59,461 nucleotides of DNA, from positions 1 through 59,461 of the forward strand of contig JAAILG010001963.1 of the NCBI GenBank assembly GCA_012026655.1, read 5' to 3'. This DNA is from Hydrolagus affinis (taxonomy: Eukaryota). The notes beneath the pieces are model-generated. The model did not search any database. It worked only from the letters and a program-made list of their open reading frames with translations, and had not been told where the DNA came from. The position numbers and the translations under genes were made by a program. This document shows positions 24,906-38,366 of this stretch, piece by piece (the stretch's first letter is position 1; each line of letters begins with the position of its first letter).

Positions 24906-27900
24906 CAATACACCAGCAAACAAATGGTCCTATTTTGTGCCGCTGGAACAAATTCGCCAGGGTGATCATCTGCTGATGTACATTTCCTGTTGAGTAACTT
25001 AATTTGATTAGAATGTTCTAAGATGCCGCTTGGTGTGAAGGGCAACGCAAGTTGTTGTTACTGAAGCAGTAACCGTCCAGCGCCTTGGGACATCCTCCTG
25101 ACTTGAAAGGCGCTATACAAGTCAAATTTTGTTGTTCTTGTTGTTGTTACCATTCAAAAGTCACACAGTTGAAAGAAAGTCCATCTAAAATATGGTGGCA
25201 ATAGGCCATTTTTGTGCTGTGTGCTTCTTGTATTGCTCATGAAGAACGACACAATACAGCATTTACACAGAGGATAGGTAGCTACATTTAGTTATTCACA
25301 CTGACCTCTAGAAAGCAATCAGTCTCCAGACTCCAGTTTGACGCATAATAATTTATTACTGAATGCCTTAGTTCTTCAGGTTCCCAGCAGACCCAATCTT
25401 ATGTTCAGTTTTTTTGAGGGGATGGTATTTCAATTACTTTTGTCTTTTGTTTTTTTGCCTATGCAAAATCTGGGGAATTGAAAATATTGAAGTAACCTTT
25501 TCTCCTGTAAACGTGTTTTAAATGTTTTTTTGTATTTGTTTTCCGGGGCTTGTATATACGCAGCTGACTTTTAAATTATTTCCCACAGCCTGCTGTTAAG
25601 ATAATAAAATACTTTTAGCACTGCGCATTTTGATCCATGATGTTTCACATTTTTCTTTACAACCTACATATGTGCAAGTCTTTGAAAGGGCTCAGCCGCA
25701 TTTTCTTTGAATATTTCTTTGAGTGTCTTCTTTATGATGTTCACACACTGAGCACTTTTGCAGTAACCACATGAGCGATGGCATTTTCCGCAGTCGTTCA
25801 CATACCGTAGGTCAAATTAAGTTGATCTCCAAATGCGCTATGTTGCTCACCCTTCAGATCTCCAGTTGGGTTTCCCAAGATGTTAATGTGGAACAGAAAT
25901 TTGCCTTGTACATTTTATTGATGTAAAATAAATATAAAGTGAGATGTTACATTTCCCGGCATCCATCATCTGCTATAATTATCTTTACAGGAATCTATGG
26001 CAACAGCAAACAAACAAGCTGCTACTGTATGCCTTAGACATCAAGCCAAAGGGTTGCAACCTAGTTTCTGTTTCCCTTCTCCTCCCCCACCGCCCCCACC
26101 AACCCACGACCCTCACCACCATATCCTTCAAAAATATTCTCAGATTGAAATATGAACAAACAAACCTATCCATTATACTTCATGATGCAGTCAGTTTAAC
26201 TTCTCCTTCCAACCCGTACACATTTCACAACAGATTCAGCATTCTTGCCCACGAAGACGAAAAACTGAATCCAAATATTTACACTTGGGTTCTGATCAGC
26301 ATTGGACCGTGAACGTTTGCATTAATTTTCATTCTCTCAATTATTGCAATTAAATAAAATCTCTCGGTTTACCTCCCAGCTGGATGGAGCGTGTGGCAAC
26401 AGGCCTTGGATTTTGTACCACCTCGTTTATCAAGCACGCCTGTCGGAGGTATTCTTGTCCCTCATCAGATGACAATTAAGCTGTTAATAGTTTCTCTTTT
26501 TTTTCTCAAACGTTGATCCAAAGAATGTTTTCATGGCAGATGTTGAACTCCAGGCTAAATTAGACACTATTTTATATCTATAAACATTAAAATAACTAGA
26601 CTACACCTGCTAGACTACACCCTGGAGCAAAATGGATCAGCAATTGCTGCAGTGATAGCAATCGCAGAATGACTTGCTCTTTTACCAAATGTAACTGGTT
26701 ACCTTTTCTTGCTCCTGCCCGCTACTCGAAAGAAAGAACTCTTAATATTATTGGGTTCATTGTTTTCTGATAATTGTAGTGAATGACTGTCTTCTTGGCT
26801 TTCTTTTAAGTTCAGAAAGGTGTGCTTTATTCACCTTAAAGATGAGAAGATTAAGAGGACACTTAAGAGAGCGGGGGGAGTGGAATTGATTTGGGCAGCT
26901 AGGACAGACATGGTGGACTGAATAGCCTCCTGTGTTGTAAGATTCTATGATAGTCATATTTTGTGGGCGAAACCACTTCCTTTTCTGAAATGTATAATGA
27001 GCCACTCTTTTGATGTCCTCTTGAAGTGAACAGTACTAAATAAATGTAAATTGCTGTGGTCATAGCGGCTTTGACAAGTCAAAATGGAAGGTTGTTTTAT
27101 TTTCAGTGTTATCAAAAGGTCACATTGAGCCTTTTGCATTATGTTTGCAATGGAATTTAGTATTTGAAAACTCCAGAGGCCTAACATTTCTCAGCTTTTT
27201 AGCCTGAAGGCTACAGTCTGCAAATTTATGGATTGTATGGAATTTTAAGAGTTTTTTCCTCTAAAATTCTGCAAAATCTTAAATGTTATAATGATTCTAA
27301 CATTCTAAAGTTAAGAGCATGAGGCGTCTTGAGTCTCAGCTGTCTCAGGGAAAGGCTACAGGGAACAGGGAAATCATCGGACTCCTTAAGCTAACACCGG
27401 TGCTTTTTGTACTGGTATAAAGTGCACTTTTTTGTGTGTGTAAGTACTGTTTGCCATTGACTTTAGTTTATATCTGGAACCTTGTCACTAGAAATGAACT
27501 CCATGCCATTGTGAAACCATACCTACATAGGTTCTTTGGTGGGTTCTTTGCTACTCTGGTGCTATAAATGTAACACTGTCAGCGCTGTTAGTCATGGATC
27601 ACTGTCGCGAGTTAGTGAACACAGACGACTGTGGCCAAGAAACCGACGCCATTTAGCTTTTTTGTACAAATTCTTCTTAAAATAAAAATTATGAATAGAT
27701 TCCTGTTTTCATTGTTGAGGGAGATTTTTACTTCTTGATTGAATCATTCTGGGATTGCAGAGAAAGTGTAATTTGTGATTTTTTTGGGGTGTTTGTGTGT
27801 GGCTAGCTGTCCACCATTTAACACCTCATTACATAGTCATGCTTATTACATAGTCATAGTCATCTCCTCTATAACTACTCAGTACATTTGCCACCAACTT

Positions 27901-29536
27901 GCCTTGCAACAATTTACCAGTAGATTATATCAGGACTATGTTATGGAGCACCACCAGAAGATTAAGACACTTAAACCACTTTGACACAAGATGTTAAGAA
28001 CACCCAAATCCGTTTTCCCATTGATGAGCACTGCTCTTCCCTGGAAGATTTGGCTTTTTAATGAAGGTTCATAAATATTCTCATTGATGTATTATTCATG
28101 ACCTCCCTGTAAGATGAAGTGGGTGGGTGGTGGGGGAGAAACACAACTCTAGAAATCTTATGTGTCAGACCAATATACCAGAGCAAAGTAGCCATTACAC
28201 AGGAATTATGCATGTAAATGAACATTTCATCAGGCTGTTTAACTTTACCTCTTAGGGCCCTTGAAGGTCATGTCTTCTTGAACCAAATCTAAGGTCCTGT
28301 CAACCATATGCCAGCCTGCAGCTTTTGTTAGACTGAGAGAAAAATAACCCCAGATCACCTGGGAATCTGATTCAGATCAGCATTATTTTGACACACAACA
28401 AAGATTGTGTTTTCCCATTTCACCGTCAGCTCAGATTAAAATGAATAATAATAGATCAGTCCCAACCTAGCAAATCCAGTCTGAAATAGGACTTGCTTGT
28501 CTAGTTTATGAAATTATCTGCTGCTCATGATCTTCCTATGCATCAAATCTGCCTCCAATTGTATGATGTGTGACATGTGGTTTGGATTTTACTACTTGTC
28601 TTTCTTTAACATGGACGCCATAAATTAACAGAAGCATATTTTGCAAAGACGCTCATTCCTACTATTATGCAATAAAACTGTATGGAATTGCATGGAAAAG
28701 ATTTATTTGGTGGGAGTATGTAGCACTCAGCAATGAATGAACCTCTCAATAGTTTACCAATATCATGGTTTACAATTGGAGGGAAAGCAGCAAATTCCTT
28801 TTTAGTGTAATTTCTTTCTAAACTGGATTTTACTTTTTGCTGTAAATATTGTGTTTGGCTCATAGACTTCATCTGAGTCAATCAAGAATAGACTTTAAAC
28901 TGTGGCGAGTGATAATTTTTACAAGGTGCATTTTGTACCCTCATAAGTTTCAAACTTATCAAAACATTTTTCAATTGAGGTCCAACTTTCTGCTGGCTGG
29001 AGATCAGGCAGATACTTGACTCCCTGTAGTTTTTAATTCATTGTTTTTAAACAACATAAATTCAACTAAAATCTGATCAATGTCTCCCAAGAAGCTCTGA
29101 CCCTTCTTTTACACCAAATGCTATTCTTCTCTCAACAATGTCTACCTGTTTGCAGCATTTTCAAACTTGTTGTTTGGTGCTTCATCAACATGTCTCAATA
29201 TTGCAAAAATAGACAGGCTGTCTGAAGGTTTATTAAAGATTAACATGAAAAGATACCTACTTCACCCTCATTATATAGTGGTCACATTATACATAATGGC
29301 TACACTCGTGGAGGAAATTCCTGTGAAGTACTTTGAAATGTTTGGATTTGAATGAAGCCTACAACAAATATTTGAATTGTCATTTATTGTTTGTCCCAAT
29401 TGGAAATTAAAAGTTCAGTGTGATGACTTTGAACAGTTAAAAAGCTATTTGGTGGACTTATTTTTGAATTTGTTGTACAATTTTTTTGCTACTTATTTTA
29501 ATCTTTGGAGATTAATGGCACAGACTGCTCCAAGTA

Positions 29537-29747
29537 CAATAAAAACCCGTTTATCTGGCATCCTCGGGACCTGGCTAATGCCGGTTAAAGCGCCCGCCAG
29601 ATATTCGGCTGAAAATGCAAAAAAAAAAAAATTGAATGCATTTTTCCAGATAAATTCTGGTTAATTGAATGCTGACCTTTTTTTTTTGCAATGCCGGTTA
29701 GACAGAAGTTAAGGTTGATCGGGTGCCGGATAAACGGGCTTTTACTG
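29537..29747. mobile_element. pogo/Tigger-type MITE, 211 bp
   Basis: 24-bp TIRs caataaaaacccgtttatctggca / tgccggataaacgggcttttactg, TA on both sides. Confidence 0.9.
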
Positions 29748-30120
29748 TATTTATTTACGGACTCTGCCATACCTTTATCCTCCATTATAATTCCTCCTGT
29801 CTCTGCCTGTAATGGACCCACATTTAGTTTTGCTAGCCTATTCCTCTCAATGTATTTATAAAAACTCTTACAATCTGATTTAATGTTCCTAGCTAGCTTG
29901 CCCTCATAATCCATTTTCTCACTCTTAATGACTTTTTGGGTTTTCTTTGTTGATCTCTAAAACACTCCCAGTCCTCAGGTTTGCTGCTCTTTTTGGCAGT
30001 TTTATGGGCCTTTTCTTTTAATTTTATCTTTCCCTAACTACTCTAGTTAGCCATGAATGAACTCAACCTTGTATCTTAATTCCACTTACCCACCCTAGCC
30101 CCACATCCCTCAATACCTTT
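29748..30120 (-). mobile_element. CR1 LINE fragments (ORF2 EN-RT linker 29748-30055; 3'-end piece 30060-30120)
   Basis: Minus strand WLTRVVRE...KPEDWECFRDQQRK...MDYEGKLARNIKSDCKSFYKYI...VGPLQAETGGIIMEDKGMAESVNKY is a typical CR1 ORF2 linker. Confidence 0.9.
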
Positions 30121-30123
30121 ATA

Positions 30124-31195
30124 CAGTAGAAGCCCATTTATCTGTGACTCAATGCACCAGCACTTCCGTATAACCGGCACGCCAAAAAAAGTCCCCATTC
30201 GATAAACCGGAACTTATCCGGAACAATAGCAGTGGAGCATTTGTAAATGCATAAATAATAACATAATAACAGAATATTATATTGGTACTTATTGTTAAAA
30301 CTACTCTCTTGCGCTTTTTACCTTTGCTGGCAGATGCTGCGCTTGAAGCCATGATGCTGCAGTTGAGATTTATAGTCCAGCGATTTATGCTTTACAGTCA
30401 TACTAGCGGCAAGCCAATAACGCTAGTCGATAACCTACATTGTCGCGCAGGTGCAGTATTTTGATTTGCCGCTAGTAGAGTCTAGGGCTTCGGCTTGCAG
30501 CTGGTAAAGTCGCACAACTTTAAAATCGCGCTGCCGTTTTTTTCACCCGCTCCATTTAAAAAAGAATCGCTGGACTGTAAACCTCAATCAGTAAAGGTGA
30601 GAAGCGCAAGAGAGTAGTTTTAACAATAAGTACCAATATAATATTCTGTTATTATCTGTTATTACTTAGTCTGGTGTGTATGGTGTGTGTAATAGTGGAA
30701 ACCTTACGGTGGCAACTGAAGCTATTACACTTTTTTTCTCTCTGTTTGGCATTTTTCTACACTCCAGAGGTTTGGCAACACTACGTGGACTCCCTGCAGG
30801 ATGTCCGACATCCAAACACATATGAGCCAATCTCTGGATCACATTGTAGGTCGAGAAGGGAAGTTGTTAGGAACAGAGGCTGAGGTTTGAAGGGGACAGG
30901 ATGAGGGAGATGTTGCTAGATTAATGTGTAGCTCACAGAATGGGTTGACAGTAGAGTTGGTGAGCACGGAATGTAGGAACACAGACATTGAGGTTATCCA
31001 CTGTAGCAGGAACTGTAAGATGAGGTTTAATCATTTCTGCTACGTCAGTCAGTGAGTGTGTGCGTGCATCCGTCAAAAAAAAATTATGCATTTTTTCGGA
31101 TAAATTCTGGTTAATCGAACTTGGACCTTTTTTTTGCGATGCCAGTTATACGGAAGTTACAGTTGATCGGGTGCCGGATAAACGGGCTTTTACTG
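30124..31195. mobile_element. Non-autonomous Tigger/pogo element, 1072 bp, with transposase N-terminal remnant
   Basis: TA-cagtagaagcccatttatc ... gataaacgggcttttactg-TA with ~100-bp imperfect inverted ends. Minus ORF MASSAASASKGKKRKRVVLTI resembles the CENP-B/Tigger N-terminus. Right end is near-identical to that of the 29537 MITE. Confidence 0.8.
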
Positions 31196-32159
31196 TATGT
31201 GGTTGCAGATTCCAAACTGCCAATTTTATGGCATGAACATAACAAATATATTAGCACATTTAGTGGTCTGCCAGTGACATTGCTGACCTTGGACTTTAAC
31301 AGATTTCTTTCTCTCTGTGGCTTGTTTGCCTTTTCTATTTTCGATTCCAACCAAATACAACTCCTATATTCATATAGGTCAGCCGCTGACTCCGATAAAA
31401 TTAAAATGGACTTTTAGTTTCCTCTTCTGGTTCATTGTTCAGTTTGATATTTCCTACAAAAGGAACCAGTTTGCAATTGATCAACTGTCAAATTGATGTG
31501 ATAAAATACAACATTTGGCATCATTGTGAAGTTTTATTAAATTTTATATATTATGTGTGAGTGTATAATTTTTAAATATATATATATATATAGATGTATA
31601 TACACTGTTTATATTTATATTTATTGATGTCTGCAGCCACTCATCCTGGGTAATATCCTTGTTACCAGGGAAGAGTATCTGTGCTGCATTTTATTTATAT
31701 ACTGACCAGAAGAGTGAGAACGTCCATTTCACACATGTGACAAAGTTTGTCAGTGACTGACTCTTGTTGTAGAAATGCAGGTTGAAATGTTTGCCATTCG
31801 TCACTGCTAATCACAGTGTCCCAAACTAATTTGAACATTCAGCCGTGCAGTTCCACGTGTTAGCTTTCTATTGCTTCACGTATTTATTGCTGAAAGTGCT
31901 GACAAAATCTTCTTATGATTCACTCTGCCTGGATTGTTTAAATAAAAGATTACTCCAATTGGAAAGTGTTGAAATGAACCTTTGGTTAATATTTAACTGA
32001 TGAATTCTGCACACTTCAGAATGAGGTTGAAAAATGTGCTTTTGAAAACCAAAAATCATGATCAGTGTAGTAACCTCAGGTTTGTAATACTGTAGTCACA
32101 TTTTAAATCTGAGTGTTGCTGCTTAATTTTAGTAATTACACCTTGCAAGCAAAACAAAT

Positions 32160-32411
32160 GGGTACGATTCCACGAAGGGCAAAACTGTGGGCAAGTTTCT
32201 ATACTCCACACACCTGATAATAATCCCTCAAGAAAAAAAAGATAATAAATTGGTCATTTCAATCCACGATTAATTGTTTGTGGGACACTGCTGTATGCGA
32301 TTGGTTGCCACATTTCACCCACAATTATGAAGTCAATTCATTTTACAGAATATTCTGTGAAGTAGACATCTAAAAGATAATGAAATGTGCAAAATCAAAT
32401 GCAAGGATTAA
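32160..32411 (+). mobile_element. tRNA/Deu SINE, head truncated
   Basis: gggcaagtttc...actccacacacctgataataatcc...gggacactgctgtatgcgattggttgcc...caaatgcaaggatta. Confidence 0.88.
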
Positions 32412-33232
32412 TTAAACAACTATTTGATTCAATAAAAATTGAATAAGATGTATATCTCTGAATGGAATTCAATTTGCAATGAATCCAGCGAGCGAAGTTC
32501 ATCTGAAATGATCCCATTTTCTGCTGAGAGTCATTACAATCCTACTGAAGGTATTTATTTTGAATGAGGAGAGATTACGCTTTTGGTGGAGAGTGATATT
32601 TACTTTTATCCCATTGATTACATTATATTTTATTGCTGACTGTGAGACATTCAATGGAAAGAAAGTTACTTGAAAGCAACATAAATCGAGCCACTTAATC
32701 AAAAGTAACCTTTATTAATCCCTGCAGCTTGGAGCATATATGAAGAAAACTGCATTTATACTCAAATTTTGCTCGGATTCAAACTCAAATCAGCGGCTTC
32801 ACAAGGAAGAGTCTATAGATATCAATTCCTGAAATGACACCAGAAGAGTTGATTATCTTGCATCCCCGATGAAACATCAGTAACTTCTGTGCAACAAGAT
32901 AGTTGTACTGGACTAGATCAAAAGTAAAGTGTCATGCATTGCCAGGGATACTGATAAGGTTATTCTGCTAGAACACTGTTTTGAGCCGGTGGCATATTTC
33001 AAGATGTTATATACAGTAAGGATCTGAAAGTGCCACTGAGGAAAATATAATGGCCATAGCTTAGATAGAGTGTCTCTATATTTAGCAATCAGGAAGGTGC
33101 AGATCACAGCTACTCCCTGTGTTCTGGGAAATTATATCATGTCAATCTCTGATTATAAATAACAGCCACATGTAATGTAGCCAAACCTGAGATTGATGCC
33201 AATATCTTTTTATATAGTATTTCTGATGCATA

Positions 33233-33525
33233 TAGTGGAACCCTGTTATAATGTGTTTTAATATACAGTAACATGGTTTCGCTTGTGCAGATAAAGGTCG
33301 GCTAGCCAGAATTTCTGTCTGAGTGCAATTACAACCGAGGCATTGCAGATAAATGGACATTATGGGAAACCTATGATCCAGAAATCAGACACCTTTTAGC
33401 ACGGGAAGTTGGCCTGCTTTCTGCACGTAACTGTGGAAATCCAGAGCAGCAATCATGCCTTGTGTTACAATGTTACTTGGGATTTTGTTGATCCCAACTA
33501 TCGTTTTTATAATAGGGCTCTGCTG
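33233..33525. mobile_element. Degenerate pogo/Tigger-type MITE
   Basis: TA-tagtggaaccctgttataa ... ttataatagggctctgctg-TA. Same TIR type as the element at 1425. Confidence 0.5.
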
Positions 33526-35457
33526 TATGTCGGCTATTTGATTTGATAAAAGAAAATTTCATGGGTAAGTGGTAGCAACATTACTGCATGGCCCACCAAA
33601 ACCCTCAGTGAGTGCAATGTGTACCCATGTATTGTACTATACTGTATATCAAATTACTTGTGCGTTTATGGCACCCAGCAACATTGATAAATGAGTCTCT
33701 CACACTAACCAGTATGCCACAAGTTAGTCTAATTTAATTGAAGTCAGGGATATATAAAATGAGATTCTGTTTTAGATAAACATGCAAATAGATTGAATTC
33801 AAAGTCAAGAATTCTTAACCAAGAGCTTGTGGCATATATATGCTTTTCTATATTCTACTGTCATAGAATTGGCAAGTCACACAGCATTATCTTGGAATTA
33901 AATGTGCGATTGAATTAGACAAGTTTCTTCAGCAGCTGGGAAGACTGCAGATGCCTTAAAGCAACTTCAGCTCCTTGACATATGAACCTGCTAACTGTCA
34001 GCTTTCAGCAGCTATGGGTGTTAATGTAAATAATTTCACAAAGCTGTCTGTTTTTCACTGTTGATTGCAATCAAAGAAAATAGATTTCATCCAAATATTA
34101 TTGCAATATGTCAAGTCACTAAAAGCTTCAAGAGTAAGGATAGACTGTTATCTTTTTAAAAAAAAATTGCCCGGGAGAGGGAGAGAGGGGTAGGGGGCGG
34201 TGAGAGCATTTTAAATGTGCCCTTTTATGGGTTTTTTTATTGGCATGTGTTTGTATAATTTTAGTTATCACCAAGAGGCAAGGCAGATTCCAGGTTATGT
34301 TTGGTGCAAGTTGAAGTCATGTTGGACCAATAGCTCCTTCTTCTCTACACAGATACAGCACTTGCGAATGGCTCAAAGTTGCTATGTGTTCATGGAAGAA
34401 CGTCTCAGTTACATTGTAAGGATCTGTTCCGTTTTTAGTCTGGAAGGGTTTGAGTTCTGCTTAGAGAATAGAAATAACTTTTTAAATAAGTTTTGAAAGA
34501 TTCAGACTATGCTCCAGGTCTCTGATATCCGATGTGTGTGTCTTCAGTGTTGTTACCTATATTCTTTGGCTCGTTTTCAATGGATGTCTTCACCGATCGT
34601 GTCTAGGTTGAATCTCTGCTCTGCTCCTTACACTGTCTTTTCATTTCATGGCATCATTCAGTGGTGCAGTTGTTTCTGCAAAAAGGGAGGAACAAAAACA
34701 CAATTTGCAATCTAAATTTCACACCGAGTTTCAATGACGGAGTGATCAGTTGTGAGGATTTTCAAAATAACATGTACGGTTAATATAATTTGCTTTTAAA
34801 CGGTTGGTTGGAAAGGATCGAGGCTCGATATTGATATTAGTTTAATCATGTTTCTTCACAGTTCCTGTTTGGATTATTTTACATATGAAGTGTAATGTGA
34901 TTCTTAATTAGTGACTAAGATTGAAGTTAGGCCAGTCAATTGTTTAGGAATTGGCTCTGTAGGGACAAATGGTACAATGGTTAGGCCTGATATGGCCCGA
35001 AGATTTCACTGGCAGTCATTGTAGTTGTCAAATGCATTAGCAGTTTCATTGCTAGCCTTTGACTGTGGATTGTGGTATTTTAATACCACTTCACAGGATA
35101 CCATCTTTAAATTAAAGGGGGTATAAATGGTGAAGAAGATGAACTGAACTAGTTAAGTACTTGAACTACAAATCATATCATCATTTTAGAAACTGTTGCA
35201 GATTATTACTGAAAAACTGAAGCCACAATCATATTTTCTGTTGATCACATTTAGTTTTTTCAAGAGGAAATGGCAGTCAGTTTGGATCATGGTTATAATG
35301 AGGTCCATATTCATATTCCTGGAAGTATTAAATTACCTGCTCACTGTGTTTGCTGATCTCGGAGTCCTGATTGAGATCAACAGCAAATTTGCACAAAAAT
35401 ATTTAATAATGCTTCTATTTGAGACTTCTCAGTACTTCACGGGATGGCAGAGTTGCT

Positions 35458-35556
35458 GTCAACAACAACAACAACAACTTCGATTTATATAGCACCCTCC
35501 ATGCCGGACGGGGTCTCAGAGCGAATGTAGGTGACTCCGTATTTGTAGGCAAACCT
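35458..35556 (-). mobile_element. L2-type 3' tail with (TTG)n end
   Basis: (caa)n cttcgatttatatagcaccctccatgccggacggggtctcagagcg. Close sibling on the + strand at ~51875-51929. Confidence 0.75.
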
Positions 35557-38053
35557 TCTTCTCAGGTCTATTAAATACGTTATTTTGGTAAAGTGGAATT
35601 CACCTTGCATTGGTTACTAATACCACCACTATTTAGTTAGATTACATAGATTAAACAGTAGGATCATTTTACTGCCTGTGTCGTGTGTCTCACATTTCCA
35701 ATGTGCATGCTTGCCAAGCAATGGGAAGTATTGAATAAAGGGCAACAGAGGACACTGATAAAGAAGGAGCTATTTTTTTCATGTTTATGGCAACATGAGG
35801 CAAGGTTTGCTTTCTAATTAGTTAAGTTTCCAAATAAGCATGTCCCCGTGTGATCAAATCTGTAACTGTAAAAAAAACAAAAAAAAATGTAAAAAAAAGT
35901 ATTGAGTTCAGCTTTGGAATCAGACACAGCTTTCCCCTCCTGGCATCTGCAACTGTCTCTGAAAAAAATAGGAATGCTTTGAGTTTGACATATGCCATCT
36001 GTTTGTGATCAGTATCATTTAATGACAATCTAAATCATTTAATCTGCTTTATTTTGAATAGTCTGTTAGGTAATTGTGTTAGCAAGGCCCTTGGTGTTTG
36101 AAACTAAAGCTACAAATCAAAAAATATGCAGAATAAATCCTTTACATCCAGAAATTAAGTATAAAATATAACTTCTTCTATGCCTGGGCAAGAGCGATTT
36201 GGGAGTGTAAGGGGAAATAGAGGTGGATATTGATGAATTATGCAGTTTGAACTAATTTGCACGTACAAGTTAGTCTTCGAAATGACAACTTTTACATTGC
36301 AAATCCAAAATCTGAGTATTAACTTCAGAGCCTGGAGTATAATTTACTAATGAGCACATCTTAATGAACTTTTCCCAAAAGATCACATTTTTATGCAAAT
36401 TCAGATAATTTATCTTTTACCCTCAGTCCCAAACTTATATGTAATGTATTATTTAATGTATGTTTCATGAACCATGTTGCACACTGCCCTCTTTGGACAG
36501 ATTGAATGGGTGGACTCCATGCCCTCTATCATGTATAGTCAGAGGCTGAGTGTTTGCTAGTCTACAAGGGGAATGCGGAATGACTCTCGCTATGATATTT
36601 CTCTCCCTTCTTGTAAGGAAGCATCTGGCCTCTGCTTTGCCCTTACCCACGGCACGATAGCTGAGAATGGAGGTCAGCCAGTGTATGGAAGATTCTCAAT
36701 GTAAATTCTTGCCCCACCACACCACCATGTTGTACACCATCCACTCTCTTGCACACCAACATGTCACACTTCAGAGGATAACAGCAAACCCCAGTGCTGA
36801 ATAAGGAATTTGACTCAATCATGAGTAATACAAATTGATCCAGGCACTATACCAGAGAGGCTTTGCTTGGGTAATGGACAATCAACTTGAATGTAATCTA
36901 GAAGGAATTCTAAGCAGGTAAACATCCAGCGTTATAATAATCGTTTCCAGACCCAACTAACAAGTTATAAAGTTTTATTTGCTGTTTACCAAATTTTTGA
37001 TAGGATTCTGCAAGATTTATCTAGTTGTCATTCAAGGAGTCAAGCGTCTTGCCAACCAGAGGTGAAGAAATAATTTAGTCACTTAATTTATGATATTGAG
37101 TGATTTTTTTTCTCATGTAAAAGTGCTATATTGAGGATGATAAGTCTTCATACCAATGAAAATCCCAAAGGAGCTTTAACCAGTGCCAAACAGATGGAGC
37201 AATTTGGCAATCCGACTGCTCTCTCACTGACTTGTTAAAACAAATCAAATTTTTTTCCTGAAACCTGTCACCTATTAAATGCAACACATTCTGAGGCCAT
37301 TTGTTTCAGTGCTACAATTGTACTGCTTTTGTTAAGACTGTTGTTTAGAGTAAAAAGGAAGAGTAACAGAAATTAACAGGTCAATGCCAAGCTCCTTCCA
37401 CGACGCAGATGTTAGCATTCAGAAAAACTTTAAAGAAATGTGCATTTTATAAGTCGGATCACATTCCAAGAGATGAGCTCAAATCTGGGTCATGGCTTTA
37501 GATGATTTGAAATCATTTTTTGTTTTTTGACGGTGACAGCACAAAACCAAGCTTTGTTTGGATTGAAATCAGATGAGCTGTGTTTTTATTTATTTTTTAT
37601 GTATGTATGTTTTTTAAAAATCAGCATCACATTCATTTGTTGAGTCAAAAAAAATCACACTGCCTGCTGAATGCTGACTAAGCCTCTCTGACATAATAAT
37701 TATAAAACCACCTCAACAACAAATTTAGATTTATATAGTACCTTTCACATCGGGAGGACGCCCATTGCCAGCAAAAGATATTTCATATTTTCTGATACTA
37801 TATTCATTGAGTGTTTAAAATTGTTAATCTTTCTAGATCTGGGCTTTAAGTTATGTGTACGTCTGTTGATGGATGTATGTGTACACAGGTGTATATATAT
37901 ATATATTTTAAATGTTATCGCCCCTGTGATAGCATGTAGGTGGGTGAACACTGAGGGCCTGAAAACATTTGTGATGGGAGGTAGGAGGGGTGTCAGCAAA
38001 TTTAATACGAAATAATTGTGCAAATAGTCAAAGCGCAGTCTTTGAGACCATTT

Positions 38054-38366
38054 AGTCCTGTAGTTCAGTGGTTAGAGCACTTGTCTTGCAAGCGAGAGAC
38101 CTGGGTTCGATTTCAGGCTAGGCAAAACCATGGGCAAGTTTCCTTACTCCATACGACTGATAATAATCCTTAAAAAAAAACAAGAATAAATTGGTCATTC
38201 GAATCTACAACTGTTTGTGGGACACTGTGGTGTGCAATTGGCTGCCTTGTTTCACCCACAAAATATAGTCAATTGATTTCACAATACTATATATCCTGTG
38301 AAGCACTTTGAGACATCTAGAAGACATGAAAAGCACCATAACAAATGCAAGGATTATTCTTATTAT
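38054..38366 (+). mobile_element. Full-length tRNA/Deu SINE
   Basis: agtcctgtagttcagtggttagagcacttgtcttgcaagcgagagacctgggttcgat (A and B boxes), then core and tail. Confidence 0.92.

Noticed and set aside
29585-29914. 109-aa ORF sharing YSKSPFIRHPIN with the ORF at 31111-31350
   Set aside because: A CR1 fragment reads into the MITE TIR. The shared peptide is translated TIR.
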